Below are positions 32,721 through 47,788 of a stretch of DNA of 64,000 bases, one piece after another; positions within the stretch are counted from its first letter, which is position 1; each line of letters opens with the position of its first letter. The stretch comes from the human T2T-CHM13v2.0 reference genome, Homo sapiens. Under the pieces are notes generated by a model, which ran no database searches, was not told the DNA's origin, and saw nothing but the letters and a program-made list of their open reading frames with translations. Location: NCBI RefSeq assembly GCF_009914755.1, contig NC_060942.1; one strand, written 5' to 3'. The position numbers were made by a program, and so were the translations under genes.

Positions 32721-33089
32721 GACCCAAGGGGAACCTGTACAGCTGTAGCCTGGGCCCGTCCCCCAGGGGCTGCTGCTGTAGCCTCCCTGACCCTGTGGGG
32801 TTGCTGCTCTGCTGCCTCCCTGACCCTGTGGGCTGGCCATTCCTTCCTCACTCTGCTCCTCATTTCTCTTAACTTCTGAAGGGCCCCTGAGTCTCAAGGA
32901 CTGCATATCACCTTTTGGTGAGGCCAAAGTTGGATGTATTAGTCATCTGAAACTGCTGGGAGTAAAATGTATACAGCAAAACAATAGATGGGAACTATAT
33001 TTTAAAACTCAACAGATGGCTGGCCATGAGGTTCTCACCTTAAATTTGTCAGAAAACCGTCTCACTGTAGTCTTTGTAAGTTATTATTC

Positions 33090-33643
<554 letters not shown>

Positions 33644-34606
33644 TAGGTAGGAAATAAACTTATAAATAGACTTGGATAGATGAAATCGATAACTCCTTTA
33701 AATATTGGAATCCAAATGGACTTTAAAGAAGGGAAATAAGAAGTCAAATGTGTTGTTCAGAATGGACAAGTTCCGGTATTATATTGACATATAAAACATC
33801 AGCTATGTAAGTGGAAGATAGGCCATTTCTTCAGCTTAATTAGCCAGAAAACATTTACGAGCTGCAGTAGGTGACAAGCCGCGTGGGATTATCCATAATG
33901 TGCTGAATAATGTAAGCCAGACCCCCACCTCTAGGATTTATTAGTAGTCAGAAGTTAGGAACCAGTTCACGAAAGACACTCCCAGCTGCTCCAGTTCTTA
34001 CAAGCATACTTCAGTGGGTTTTGAGGAGATTGATGAGGAGCTTCCGGAGGGCAGCCCTCGTTATTCAGAGATGCCCTGTTTCTGTTTTACACAGCTTTTG
34101 TGTTAGGGGACACAGTCCCTTTCTGGGAATGCAGAGGACTCTAATTGTAAGGCCCCTGCTTTCTGCATCTTCGATTTTCTTGCAGCATCCCCACCCCCAA
34201 ACACACACTGACCTGCATTTTATGGAAGGTGTGTAAATGCAGCTTTCTTGAAGCACTGAAGAACTTTTGAAGATCTGCCACTCTGTAGACTTCCGATTCA
34301 TGCACCTTTTTGTGCATTTATCATGCAAGTGAGTAAGATATGCTTGTTTAGGAAAAGCTGCACAGGGTAATCCTTTCTTAGTGGAAATTTCCTACATTTC
34401 ATGCATAGAGGAAGGAATTGTATTATGATTTAAATTTAAGTCTATTCCTTTGATGATTGAATGAATGAATGGAATGAGTTAATACAGAAAAAATCTTTAA
34501 AGCAATGACCTCTCTCAAATGCATGACCCCTTACTATTCTTTAAACTTTATTTTCTTAGTGACGTTAAGGGAAACAGTGATTACCTTAAATCTAAGTAAG
34601 AAGAAA

Positions 34607-34912
34607 CTGGGTATGGTACCTCACACCTGTAATCCCAGCACTTTGGGAGGCCCAGGGAGGTGAATTGCTTAAACCCAGGAATTCGAGACCAGCCTAGGTA
34701 ACATGGTGAAACCCGTCTCTACAAAAAATACAAAAATTAGGCTGGCATCGTGGTGAACACCTGTGGTCCCAGCTACATGGGAGGCTGAAGTGGGAGGATG
34801 GTTGAGCCCAGGAGGTAGAGGTTGGAGATTGCAGTGAGCTGAGATTGAACCACTGCACTCCAGCCTGGATGACAGAGAAAGACTCTGTCTCAAAAATAAA
34901 TAAATAAATAAG
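34607..34912 (+). mobile_element. Alu (AluJ-like)
   Basis: Sense Alu with gaggatggttgagcccagg and an (AAAT)n tail. Confidence 0.9.
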
Positions 34913-37414
34913 CAAAGAGATAAAAAATTAAAATATTTAAAGTATTAAATCTGGAAAATAGACCAGAAGTATCTGGTTTCAAGTACCTATTTAATTTTTA
35001 TCATTTTGCATTCTTTTTTCTTTCCTATGTATTTTATTTCTCAAATTGAGCACAAATAAATAGCTAAGATGCATTATGTATATTTCTCATGAAGCAGTGC
35101 TACATCAGGCCTTTTGTTGGTTGCAGAAACTTAACTAAAATGCACTTGTGAAGAGCAGGAGCTTATCTCATGACACTGGCAAGTCTAGGCGGGGCACTGG
35201 CTTCAGGCACAGCTGGATCCAGCAGATATAGTGACATCCTCTGGGCTTCTTGATTTCCATTTTTCACTTGGCTTCCCTCCACATGATTGGTGGCCTCAAG
35301 GGGCCTACTTCACACAGTGACAAAAGCAGCCGCCAACAATTCTAACTTTTTGTAGATGTGGCAGTTTGGAATATCAGGGGAAGATTAACCTGTGGGGTAT
35401 TTGGATTGGCTAGGCCTGGGTAGATGCTGATTTCTAAAGCTAAGATGCATTATGTATATACAATATGTATATATTGTATATGATGAAGCAGTGCTACATC
35501 AGGCCTTTTTTTGGTTGCAGAAATTTAACTAAAGTTCACTTGTGAAGAGCGGGAGGTTATTATCTCATGGGACTGGCATGAGATAATATTCTAGTCCCAT
35601 GAGATATGCCCCTCCACCCCATGAGTAGGGGGACATCTGGGGATGAATCTGCTTTACCATAGAATGGTGAAACAATGTTTCTCGAAGGTAGGGATGCTGG
35701 ACAGATAAATATGTACTTGCTTCAGGTATTTTCTACACAGGGAATGAATCTCCATGAATTTGTTTCAGAGGATACCATCTCTCACTATACTTTGACTGAC
35801 ATAGGTATATACTAAATATTCTACAACAGTATAAAGATTAAGAATATTGTATGTGGATTGAAATTGATCCAGCTTTAAATCCCATCACCACAAACAAAAA
35901 TGTGCATGAGTCCTAAGGTTGGTTTAACCTTTCCAAGACTTGGCTGTTTGCTTGTAAAATGGTGAAAATAACACCAACTTTATAGAGTTGTTATGAGAAT
36001 TCAAAGAGATAGTGAACATATTTCCTACAGTATAGCACATAAGACACTCTTTCAAAATTATTGCTAATTATTAATGACTTGGTTAATGCTGGTTTATTAC
36101 TATTCATTCATTAGCATGCTCACATGCTAGCTTAGGATGCAAAGATGAGGAATGTGTCTGCTGTGTTTCAGAGTATGGAGGTGGTTAAATGAATGTGGCC
36201 AGATAATACTTTAAATGCTTCCTTTTCCATTTTGTTCTAGATATTTTATTTCTGTTCTACACCCTGTATATCACTAAAACCTAACTATTAGACAGGATTA
36301 TGTCCCTCAGGGGGAAAATTACAACAGTCCCCAATGCCAGAGGTAGGGGTAAGGGAATGGCGTCCAACTTCTGCTGTGAGTTCCAAAACCTGCTGTTTAA
36401 AGCTACAGAGAGAGAGTGGCCTTGCTGGAACAGTGGTCCCTGTGTGGAGCCTGGAACATCCTAGAGACCCGAGAGTGGGGAGGAGTGCAGCGGACACCGA
36501 GGCTGGTGCTTGTGCCGTACCCTTGGGGCTGGATGCAGGGCAGGAGGGCCCAGCAGGGACTGGCTGGGAAGCCAGGGGGCTGGGTCAGTGGCAGAGGGGA
36601 TGGTGGCCCCCTGCCCCCACAAATCCCCAGGAGTTTGTGACTCCAGCAGTGCCTGTGCAGCTGCCCTCAGACCCCAGGAGTGTGCTTCATCCACCCAGTG
36701 GGCTGCCTGCATCTCCAAGGTGACCGGAGCAGCCAGGTCCCCAGGCTGGCCCTGCCCCTGTTGTCACAGACACACAGGGCCCATGGGCAAGCAGGGAGGA
36801 TGCCGATGGCATCCATCCCCAAAAGTCCTTCCCTGGCCAGTGCCTGGCTGTGTGGAAGACCTCCAGAGACCCAGAGCAGCTGCCTGGAGCCGACCCCAAT
36901 GTGCTCTGGAGAGACTCCCGGGTTAAAGGACTGCGAGATGCTTGCCCGCGACATGCGAAGTTACAAAGCATTGTGAGGGTGCTTTGGGAAGCCAGGACAG
37001 AGTTTTCTGCGAGTATAGAGGGAGGAGTGATGCGCCCTAACAGGGACAGCCAAAAAGACTCTGGAAATGAGATAACATTGCAGCTGGGACTTGAACGATG
37101 AGTCAAAACATCCTAGGTGTAATACAATGAAAATTGACATTCAGATAGGTGGTCTGTCTGTCATGTAGGAAGAAAAAAAAATTAAGGAAGAGCAGAGTAT
37201 GTTAGGACGCTTACTAAGAGTCCACTTGGCTGGAACAGCTATGGGGAGGGTTCTTCCATGTGGCTTGGAAGCTTCTCTTTCTTTTCTATTTGATTGGACA
37301 TAACTGATTCTGCAGACCTGCAAAACATCAATGGGGCTGAGAAGTGCAGTCTTCCAGGAGCCTGGAAGGGGAGAACTGAAAATGTGGTGAACACACATAA
37401 CATCTGTCACAGAT

Positions 37415-37716
37415 TATTATTATTATTTTTTAGAGATGAGGTCTTACTCTCTCACCTAGGCTGGAATGCAGTGGTATGATCATAGCTTACTGCAGCCTCC
37501 AACTCCTGGGCTCAAGCAATCCTTCTGCCTCAGCTTCTCAAGTAGCTGGACTATAGCAGGTGCCAGCATGACCAGCTAATGTTATTTTTATTTTTATTGT
37601 AGAAATGGGATTTTGCTTTGTTGCCCAGGCTGGTCTCAAACTCCTAGCTTCAAGCAATTCTCCCTCTTTGGCCTCCCAAAGTGATAAGATTATAGACATG
37701 AGCCACTGTGCCTTGC
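37415..37716 (-). mobile_element. Alu (AluJ-like)
   Basis: Reverse Alu with tgatcatagcttactgcagcctc. Confidence 0.9.
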
Positions 37717-38479
37717 TGAGTTTTAAAATTTCCATTAGGAGAGACTAGGTCGTCTTGAATTCAACTCTAAGAGAATTGGAATAAGACAGAATAAGACAGA
37801 TAATTGAGACCCTTGTAAAAATGCAGGATCCTTGAAAGGCTACACTGTTAGTGAAGGATTCACCTATAAAAAGTTTCCTGGCAAAGAAGTGCTGTAGTCA
37901 GCTTTTGCTGCATTAAGCTGCAGTAACAAGTAGCTCACAGCCACAAAGGCTAATTTCTTGCTAAGGGGACATTTTAACTGGGGTCAACTGAAATCCTGTG
38001 GCACGTATTCATGGAGAACACAGCCCAAAGCAGCAGCCTGCACTGGGATGCACAGTCTTCGTACCTGAGGGGGATGCTCAGTGTTCGTACCCGAGGAATG
38101 AATCCCATGGTATTGCTTAGACCTTGAGCTCAGGATGACCTCACAGCTGTTGCACTCACATTGTCTCAGCCAAAGCCTGAAGGAAATGGGTAAGACTCAT
38201 TTCTGCCCTGAGAGGAGCACAGAAATTCACCTGGGAGAGGCAGGATTACAGAATCTTCCAATAGGGAGCGCAGTAAATGAGTGGGAACAACAAAGCAATC
38301 TGCCCACAAACACTTCTAGAAAACTCCGTGGCAGCCTTAGGGCCAGGTGGGAGGGAAAGACCTGAGAATTCACTCCCCCATTACCTCTCTTATGTAGGTT
38401 TTGGGGTTTGAATTTACCCTTGTGTGTCCTGATGCATATCATGCTGAGAAATTAACTTAAAAATGTCCTGAGTTGATGG

Positions 38480-39600
38480 TACCATTGGGCCAATGGCAGA
38501 GCAAATAAAAACACTTTTATAGGAGTATGCACTTAACTCAAGTCTATCAAATCATCACAGGTATGTTCTGGCTTAACAGAAATCTAAAGGACAAAAACAA
38601 AACAAAACAAAACTGGAAACAAGCTACGAGAATAGGAACTTGGTAGAAGTAATAAAAGCATAATTAGACTCCAAGGACTTCAGATATTAGAATTTTCAGA
38701 ATATAAAATCAGCACATTTAAAATATTCAGATAAATAGGAGAGGTAATTAGAAACATCAGCAATGAGGAAGAAAATATTAAAAAATAGGCCTGGCACATT
38801 TGAAAAAATTCTGTGAGAACTTAAGGAGAGTAGTTAAATCAAGGGTGTACAGCTGAAGAAATACCAATAAATTGGCACAGATGAAGAGATGAAAAGTATG
38901 AAAAAGTGAGTCAGTGATAGGAAGGAGATAGTGGAAAGGCCTAAGCTATGTCTCTCAGAATTCCAGGAGGAGAGAGTGCCAAGAATGGGGAAAGTAAAAG
39001 AGATAATGGCTGAAAATTTTTCCAGAACTGATGAAAAATATATTAATCTTTAGCTTCAGAAGCTCAACAAGAAGGGCTAAAAAATGAAAATCATCACAAA
39101 CCTATCAAAGTGAAATTATAAAACATCAATGATAAAGAGAAGATATTAGAAATAGAGAAAAAAGTCAGATTATCTCTAAAGGAGTGACAGAAAGCACATC
39201 AGCTGATTTCTCAAGAGCAGGAGCAAAATCCAGAAGGTGGAAAAATATCCTCAGTGTACTGGGAGAAAAGAACTGTCCATCTGGCCAACTCCCATTCAAT
39301 AATAAGAGCCAATGAGCAATTTTTATCATTGACTATCACTAAAGGAAAACTTAAAATATATTCTCTAAAAACAAGGAAAAGGCTTAAGATGAATAGAGGA
39401 AGGTGCAGAAAGCCATGGGTAAGAATGTGGGTCACCAAACTGGATATTGCCTGTATCACACAACAAATATGCCGAATTGGGGGGAAATTAAAAGAACTAA
39501 ACAACTGGGCAACAAAACCAGGTAGAATGACAAAAAGTGACTGGAGTTAGAAGGCTTCCTGAAACTTGTATGGCTTGGGAGAAGGGGAGTGATAACAATT
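38480..39600 (+). mobile_element. Old L1 (ORF1-region) remnants
   Basis: gagataatggctgaaaattttttccagaactgatgaaaa and similar L1 ORF1-like text. Confidence 0.6.
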
Positions 39601-39619
39601 AATTTTAAATTCTATTTAA

Positions 39620-41000
39620 TATTAATAGAATTTTAGTAACTTCTGAATCCATGTCTCCAGCTCTGGTCTCTCTCATTAACTCAAGACTAATCCACCCAAC
39701 TGCAGTCTTGTCAGTCCCATGTCTAGCAAGCACCTAAAATTTAACTTGATGCTCCACACCTCCAAACCTGTTCCTTCCACTCTTTGTGTCAACTCAGTAA
39801 ATGGTGATTTCCCATCCAGGCTGTCAGACTAAAACTGTGGTAGTCAACCTTGCTCTCCCTTTTCTCCCACCTTAAATCCATCCACCAACGAATCTCATTT
39901 GCTACAACATTGAGATATCCAGAATCCAGGTCCTTCCCACCACACCTAGAACGATCTGTTGTCTGGGTTCCTGCAAGCTTACTGGTTGGTCTTCTGCTCT
40001 TTTCTTTGCTCTTCTAATCTGTACTCCAGAATCATCATTCTGAATCGCAGGTCAGAGCATAACATCTCTCTGCTTGAAACTCCCTATAGGACTTCCTCCG
40101 AAGTCCAGAATGAAGTCCCAGGCCCCTTCCTTGCTCTCCAAGGTCTGAGGTCATCCATCCCCATTTTCCTGAACCAATGTTTTCTGACCTCGTGGCTGAC
40201 AAATCTTCTTCCCAGCTGTTTCCATGACAGCAAAACTGTACTCCTCGTTCTTCACACAGCTTCCTCTGCTGCACTGTTTCCCGGGAATGTGTCATGCCAC
40301 GTGTTTAAAAGGTTTCCTTCTGTACTTCCTTCAGGTTCCTACTCAAATGTCAGTTTTTCAGATGTTTCTCCCTATTGCCCTGTATATAGTTATACTCTCT
40401 AACTGCTCTCTATCCCTTATCCTGCATTCTTCTCTTTTAGGGTTGTATTAGGCCATTCTTGCATTGCTATAAAGAAACACCTGAGGCTGGGTACTTTATA
40501 AAGAAAAGAGGTTTCATTGGCTCACAGTTCTGCAGGCTGTACAGGAAGCATGGTGCTGGCATCTGCTCAGCTTCTGGGGAGGTCTCAGGAAGCTTCTAAT
40601 CATGGCAGAAGGTGAAGGGGGAGCAGATACATCTTACATGGCAGGAGCGGAAGCAAGAGAGGGAAGGGAGGAGGTGCCACACACTTTCAAACAACCAGAT
40701 CTTCAGACTCACTGTCCCGAGGACAGCACCAAGCCATGAGGGATCCACCCCATTGATCCAAACCCTCCCACTGGGCTCCACCTCCAACATTAGGGATTAT
40801 AATTCAATAAGAGATTTGGCGAGGACAGATATCTAAAGTATATCAGTAGTGTTTACCACATGTGACATTATCATTTTATTTATTTTTAAATGTCGTGTCC
40901 ATAATGAAATGTAAAATCCATAAAAGAAAGTACTTTGTTGTGTTAATTGCTCTATCTCCAGAACCTACAATAGTTCCTGGCACATAGTAGGCACTCAAGG
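39620..41000. mobile_element. L2 remnant interrupted by an MST LTR
   Basis: L2-like text (aactcagtaaatggt..., cctggcacatagtaggcactcaa). Confidence 0.65.
40444..40845 (-). mobile_element. MST (MSTB-like) MaLR solo LTR
   Basis: tgtattaggccattcttgcattgctataaagaaa...tatatca termini. Confidence 0.85.
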
Positions 41001-42479
41001 GTAACCAGTAAAACAATAAATATACACTATATTTCTTCCTTTTCCAAGAATGTGGAGGGAGGGAGAAAACACTTTAAAATGCAATTCAAAAGATGTCATG
41101 AAAAGAGAGAGAGAGAGAGAGAAAAAGCATAGAAATAGAAAACAAATAAAAAGTACAAAATAAAATGTTAAAAATAAATCCATATAGGTTAGTAATAACA
41201 ATAAATATAAATGACCTAAACTCACCAGTTAAAAACTAGAGATTTTAAAATTGTGTTTTAAAATAATTCAGTTATGTGCTATATTAAAGAGATACCTTTA
41301 AATTGCAGGACATAACATAGGAAGGCTGTAAAAGATGTAACAGGCAAATACAAAGCAAAGAATGTTGTTGTACTTATAGCAATAACAGACAAATTATACT
41401 TTAAGGCAAAAACAAACAAAACATGTACCATAATACCAACCACATAATGTTAAAGCAAAAAAAAAAAAAAAAAAAAATCACCACAATATATTAAGATCAT
41501 ATGCGTATGCCAAAAATGTATAAAGAAATGACTAATAGACAACAAATTTAGGTTACTTGGAGATAGTGGGAGAGGTGGAGGTTGTGACTGGAAAATATAT
41601 AAAAGTGACTTCAACTCTAGTGATAATATTTAAAAATTATTCTAAGCTAGATGGTGGGTGCATTGGTATTCAATGTAATTTTATCATATCTGTTTCATGT
41701 GAAAATAGTTCATAATTTAAAAACTCTCCCAAATCATATTACTACTAACTTTCAATGCAACAGAGCTGTCAAATACAACATGATACTTTGAAAGCCTGGG
41801 TCGGAGAGCGTCTCAGGGAAGAAAAGCAATACGGATTGGCAAGATCACCTGAGGAAGTTTCAAGGCATTCTCTCAGGTCGGGGCAGGTAAGAGCATTCTT
41901 GGCTTTAGCAGGATACCCAAATAGGCAAGTTGCTTACACTCAATTTTGTCTTCCAGAAAATGTGTGTGAATAGAACAATTCCCTTGCAAGGAACTCCCTA
42001 GCAATGAATGTAGATAAAATACATAGATGTTCAATGAACTGCATCAAGATTTATCTGGAAATGAGGCAGAACAGAGCTAGCAAGGTAGAAAAACAAGATC
42101 CTACTTCCTTAACTCCTCAAGGCAAAGAGCCCCTGCCCTCTTTGGTCTTTGGATTACCCATCCCCTCAGGCACTGCGTCCGCGCATAATGGACAGTCACC
42201 AGATGGTGAATGCTGGAAACGCATCGGTGTTTTTGAAAGTGAAAACAGACAAATCACCGCAAATAAAGGAATCAGTGTCAGCTCTCTAGCTGGGAACCAC
42301 CAAGGTTACAAAGCTAACGTGACTGGCCCTGCTATACCGAAACGGCTTAATTTCTTTCTGGCAAATCCACATTTACGGCAGTAAGATACTAAACACTTTC
42401 TTTCACTTTAAAAATATTTCGTTTGTCACTGCTGCAGTTTATGTCCCTCAGATGAGTAATACGAGGCAAAAATGAAGTG

Positions 42480-45000
42480 AGGTTGGGTGGTGTGAACAGC
42501 CTTCCCCTTCCATGTCAGCCACGTCTATAGAGAAGCTCACGCGGCCCTTTCCCTTTGCACTTCTCTCCTCTGTAGCAGGCCGCGGGGTGAGGGTGGGATT
42601 AGGCGGCCAATTTTACAAAACTCCAGGGAGCGTCGCCAGCCTCGATTTCCTGGGGTTATTCCTGGGAGAGAGGCGTTCTCACGGACAGCCACCCTGGGGA
42701 GGAGGAGGAGGAAAGGCACTAATGGATGAGGAGGCCCGCGCACCCCTCCGCCTCCCACCCCGGCGCGCCCTGGAACGCCCTGGAGCGCGCCCGGCTTCCC
42801 TCGCCCGCCTGGCCGGCGGCATCCGGCAGCCCCGCCTTCAGCCCGCCGGGCAGGTCCGCACTCCGCAGAGGCGAGCGCGCTCCGGTTCCAGCCGGGAGGT
42901 GGGCGGCGACCCATCCCGCTAGAATCCGTCCAGTCTCTGCTCGCGCACCGTGACTTCTAAGGGGCGCGGATTTCAGCCGAGCTGTTTTCGCCTCTCAGTT
43001 GCAGCAGAGAAGCCCCTGGCACCCGACTCTATCCACCACCAGGAAGCCTCCCAAAAGAGCTCTCGCCCTGTGGACGACTCGGAATCCCTGGAAAAGCCGG
43101 GAGGGAGTCGGAGGCGCCAGCCCACTGGGGAGGTGGCGCTGGGCGCGCGGGATGCGCGGGGAGCCTTCTCTGCAGGAGCCGTACAGTGCACTGCTGCGCG
43201 CTGGGCAGTGCGGGGAAGCGCCGCGGGAAGGAGCGGCTCCGAGCAACAGGTGCAGCACGCAGCCCCTCCGGGAGCCAGGGAAAACCGCCGGCGAAGATCT
43301 GGAGCGGTAAGGCGGAGAGAAGGGTCTTTCCACCTGCGCGGCTGCAGCCGGCGGATCCCTCTTCCCAGGCTCCGTGGTCGCGCAGCGGGCGGAGGCGCCC
43401 GGGAAGGGGACCCCAGTGCTCTCGAGATCACCGTCCCTTCCCGAGAAGGTCCAGCTCCGGGCTCCCGAACCCACCCTCTCTCAGAAGGTCCCGGCGCAAA
43501 GACGGTGCCACCAGGCACGGCCACCGGATCCCCGCTCCCGCTGGCTCGCGCCTCGGGGGAAGCTCAGACTCCTAAACTCGCACTCTCCGTGCTTTGCGCC
43601 GGGACCCCTGGCCACCCCCGGCGCCTACTATCCCGCCCTCCCTCCCCGCGCGCCCCGCCGCTCGCCGGGACAGCCCCGCGGGCCATGGAGCTGGCGGTCG
43701 GGAACCTCAGCGAGGGCAACGCGAGCTGGCCGGAGCCCCCCGCCCCGGAGCCCGGGCCGCTGTTCGGCATCGGCGTGGAGAACTTCGTCACGCTGGTGGT
43801 GTTCGGCCTGATCTTCGCGCTGGGTGTGCTGGGCAACAGCCTAGTGATCACCGTGCTGGCGCGCAGCAAGCCGGGCAAGCCGCGGAGCACCACCAACCTG
43901 TTCATCCTCAACCTGAGCATCGCCGACCTGGCCTACCTGCTCTTCTGCATCCCCTTCCAGGCCACCGTGTACGCGCTGCCCACCTGGGTGCTGGGCGCCT
44001 TCATCTGCAAGTTCATCCACTACTTCTTCACCGTGTCCATGCTGGTGAGCATCTTCACCCTGGCCGCGATGTCCGTGGACCGCTACGTGGCCATCGTGCA
44101 CTCGCGGCGCTCCTCCTCCCTCAGGGTGTCCCGCAACGCGCTGCTGGGCGTGGGCTGCATCTGGGCGCTGTCCATTGCCATGGCCTCGCCCGTGGCCTAC
44201 CACCAGGGCCTCTTCCACCCGCGCGCCAGCAACCAGACCTTCTGCTGGGAGCAGTGGCCCGACCCTCGCCACAAGAAGGCCTACGTGGTGTGCACCTTCG
44301 TCTTCGGCTACCTGCTGCCGCTCCTGCTCATCTGCTTCTGCTATGCCAAGGTGCACGCCGGTCGCGGGGCCGAGACGCGCGAGGGAGGGCGGAGGGCCGG
44401 TGGGGGCCCTGGGGTCTCAGTGTCCCGCGGCCCTGCCGGAGCCTTGGCGGCAGCCTGGCCCCGGTGGTCCCCACTCTGGCGGCGCTGGTACGGATCTGTG
44501 CAGAGAGGCTTCCTGGCCGCTGCTGGAGCGTGCCATTGGCTTGCGCAAGAAAGTTACTTGGAGTCTGAGAGATGCTGGGGAAAGTTTGCAGTTCACTTCG
44601 CATGGTCCAGTAGAACCAGTTTCTCCTCCCCTCCCCTTCCTCGGCCCTGCGGCCCTTCAACGCCCCCAGGTTGCCTGGGCGGTAGGTAGGCGGGCGCTGC
44701 CGCATCCTTCCCGGTACAGCAAACCCCGCTCGGTTCCAGCAACTCTTCAACCAGATCAGCTGCGCGGGGAGGTTACCGCCGCGGCGCTGTGGGACCTGAG
44801 GAGAGCTCTGGTGGTCACCAGAGCGCGGACCTTTTGCGAGGGTGACGGGTCCCCACAGCTCCCTCCCGGGCTCTCAGCTGGCCGTGGCGGGGGGGACTCG
44901 CGGGGCGGCCCCTCTCCCCCGGGGTGCGCAGTTTGCCCTCGCTCCGAAGGCTTTGCGCACACCGGGCTCTGTGAAGCCGCTGCTCCCGGGGACAGAGCCT
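42480..45000. promoter_or_regulatory. GALR1: CpG island: GALR1 promoter, 5' UTR, exon 1 and start of intron 1
   Basis: Very high GC and CpG density relative to the flanks; GC boxes and a CCAAT (~42607) upstream of the ATG; no obvious TATA. The TSS cannot be placed from sequence. Confidence 0.9.
43685..44350 (+). CDS. GALR1: Galanin receptor 1, coding exon 1 (aa 1-222, N-terminus to TM5)
   Basis: gccATGG Kozak context; MELAVGNLSEGNASWPEPPAPEPGPLFGIGVENF...; class A GPCR motifs GN, LSIADL, DRY; ends at AAG|gtgcac donor, phase 0. Confidence 0.99.
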
Positions 45001-45735
45001 CGAATTTTATTTTATTCTGAAGCTTAGCTTTGTAAACCCAAGTGCAAAAGGGTGTTTCTTTACAGAGTCTTGACCGCAGGCTCCAGGAACTTGGAATGGA
45101 ATGGACTCGAGCTTTCGGCTTCCCCATTTCAATCCTTTTTAGAAAGGTCTCCTGAACAGGGTGAAGTGGTTGAGGCGGCGGGTCTTCACCCTAACTGTAG
45201 CAGAGGCACCGTCCACGCGTGTGGGAGATAGTTTTTCCCTTTGTACAGCCGGGCAGAGCTCAGCACTCACATTCTTTTTCTCATTAAGTCCACAAGGGTT
45301 TGAAGACTTTATACTGATCAAAACGTCTTCAGCCTTTGACATACGTGTTTTTATTTGCGTAAACGGGAGCTTATTTTAATAATCAGGTGATGGCGATTCA
45401 CCGGGTAAACCCTAATGTGCGCAACCTCCTCGCTCCAGAGCATCGCCATTTGAAATACAGCTGTTACCAGTTCCACCCGACTTCACCGCTGTCTCTCATT
45501 CTGTTTCAATAAGGCTGTGACTGTACGACCACAAATAACCTGACTAGGTAGAACAACTATCACTTTTAATACTCAAGTCACAAGGTATTTTTATCAACAA
45601 AAGTGTTTACTATAAGCCACCTGTTTCCCCCCACCTATTTCATCTAGGTAGATTGTGTCTATTTTGAATAATAACATTGCTGGATATTATCTGAACGGCC
45701 TGCACCAAAAGGTTAAATATGAAGAAATACAGTAC

Positions 45736-47788
<2,053 letters not shown>

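Noticed and set aside
42670-44175. REST/RE1 sites (acggacagc at ~42680; ggcgctgtcc at ~44164)
   Set aside because: Only right half-sites; the TTCAGCACC half is missing.
42950-44689. 579-aa ORF as the real protein
   Set aside because: Only 43685-44350 is GPCR-like; the spliced 349-aa product explains the locus.
43594-45020. Overlapping 324-aa and 281-aa alternative-frame ORFs and antisense ORFs
   Set aside because: Expected in stop-poor CpG-island DNA; compositions are Arg/Pro/Gly/Ala-biased with no recognisable domain.
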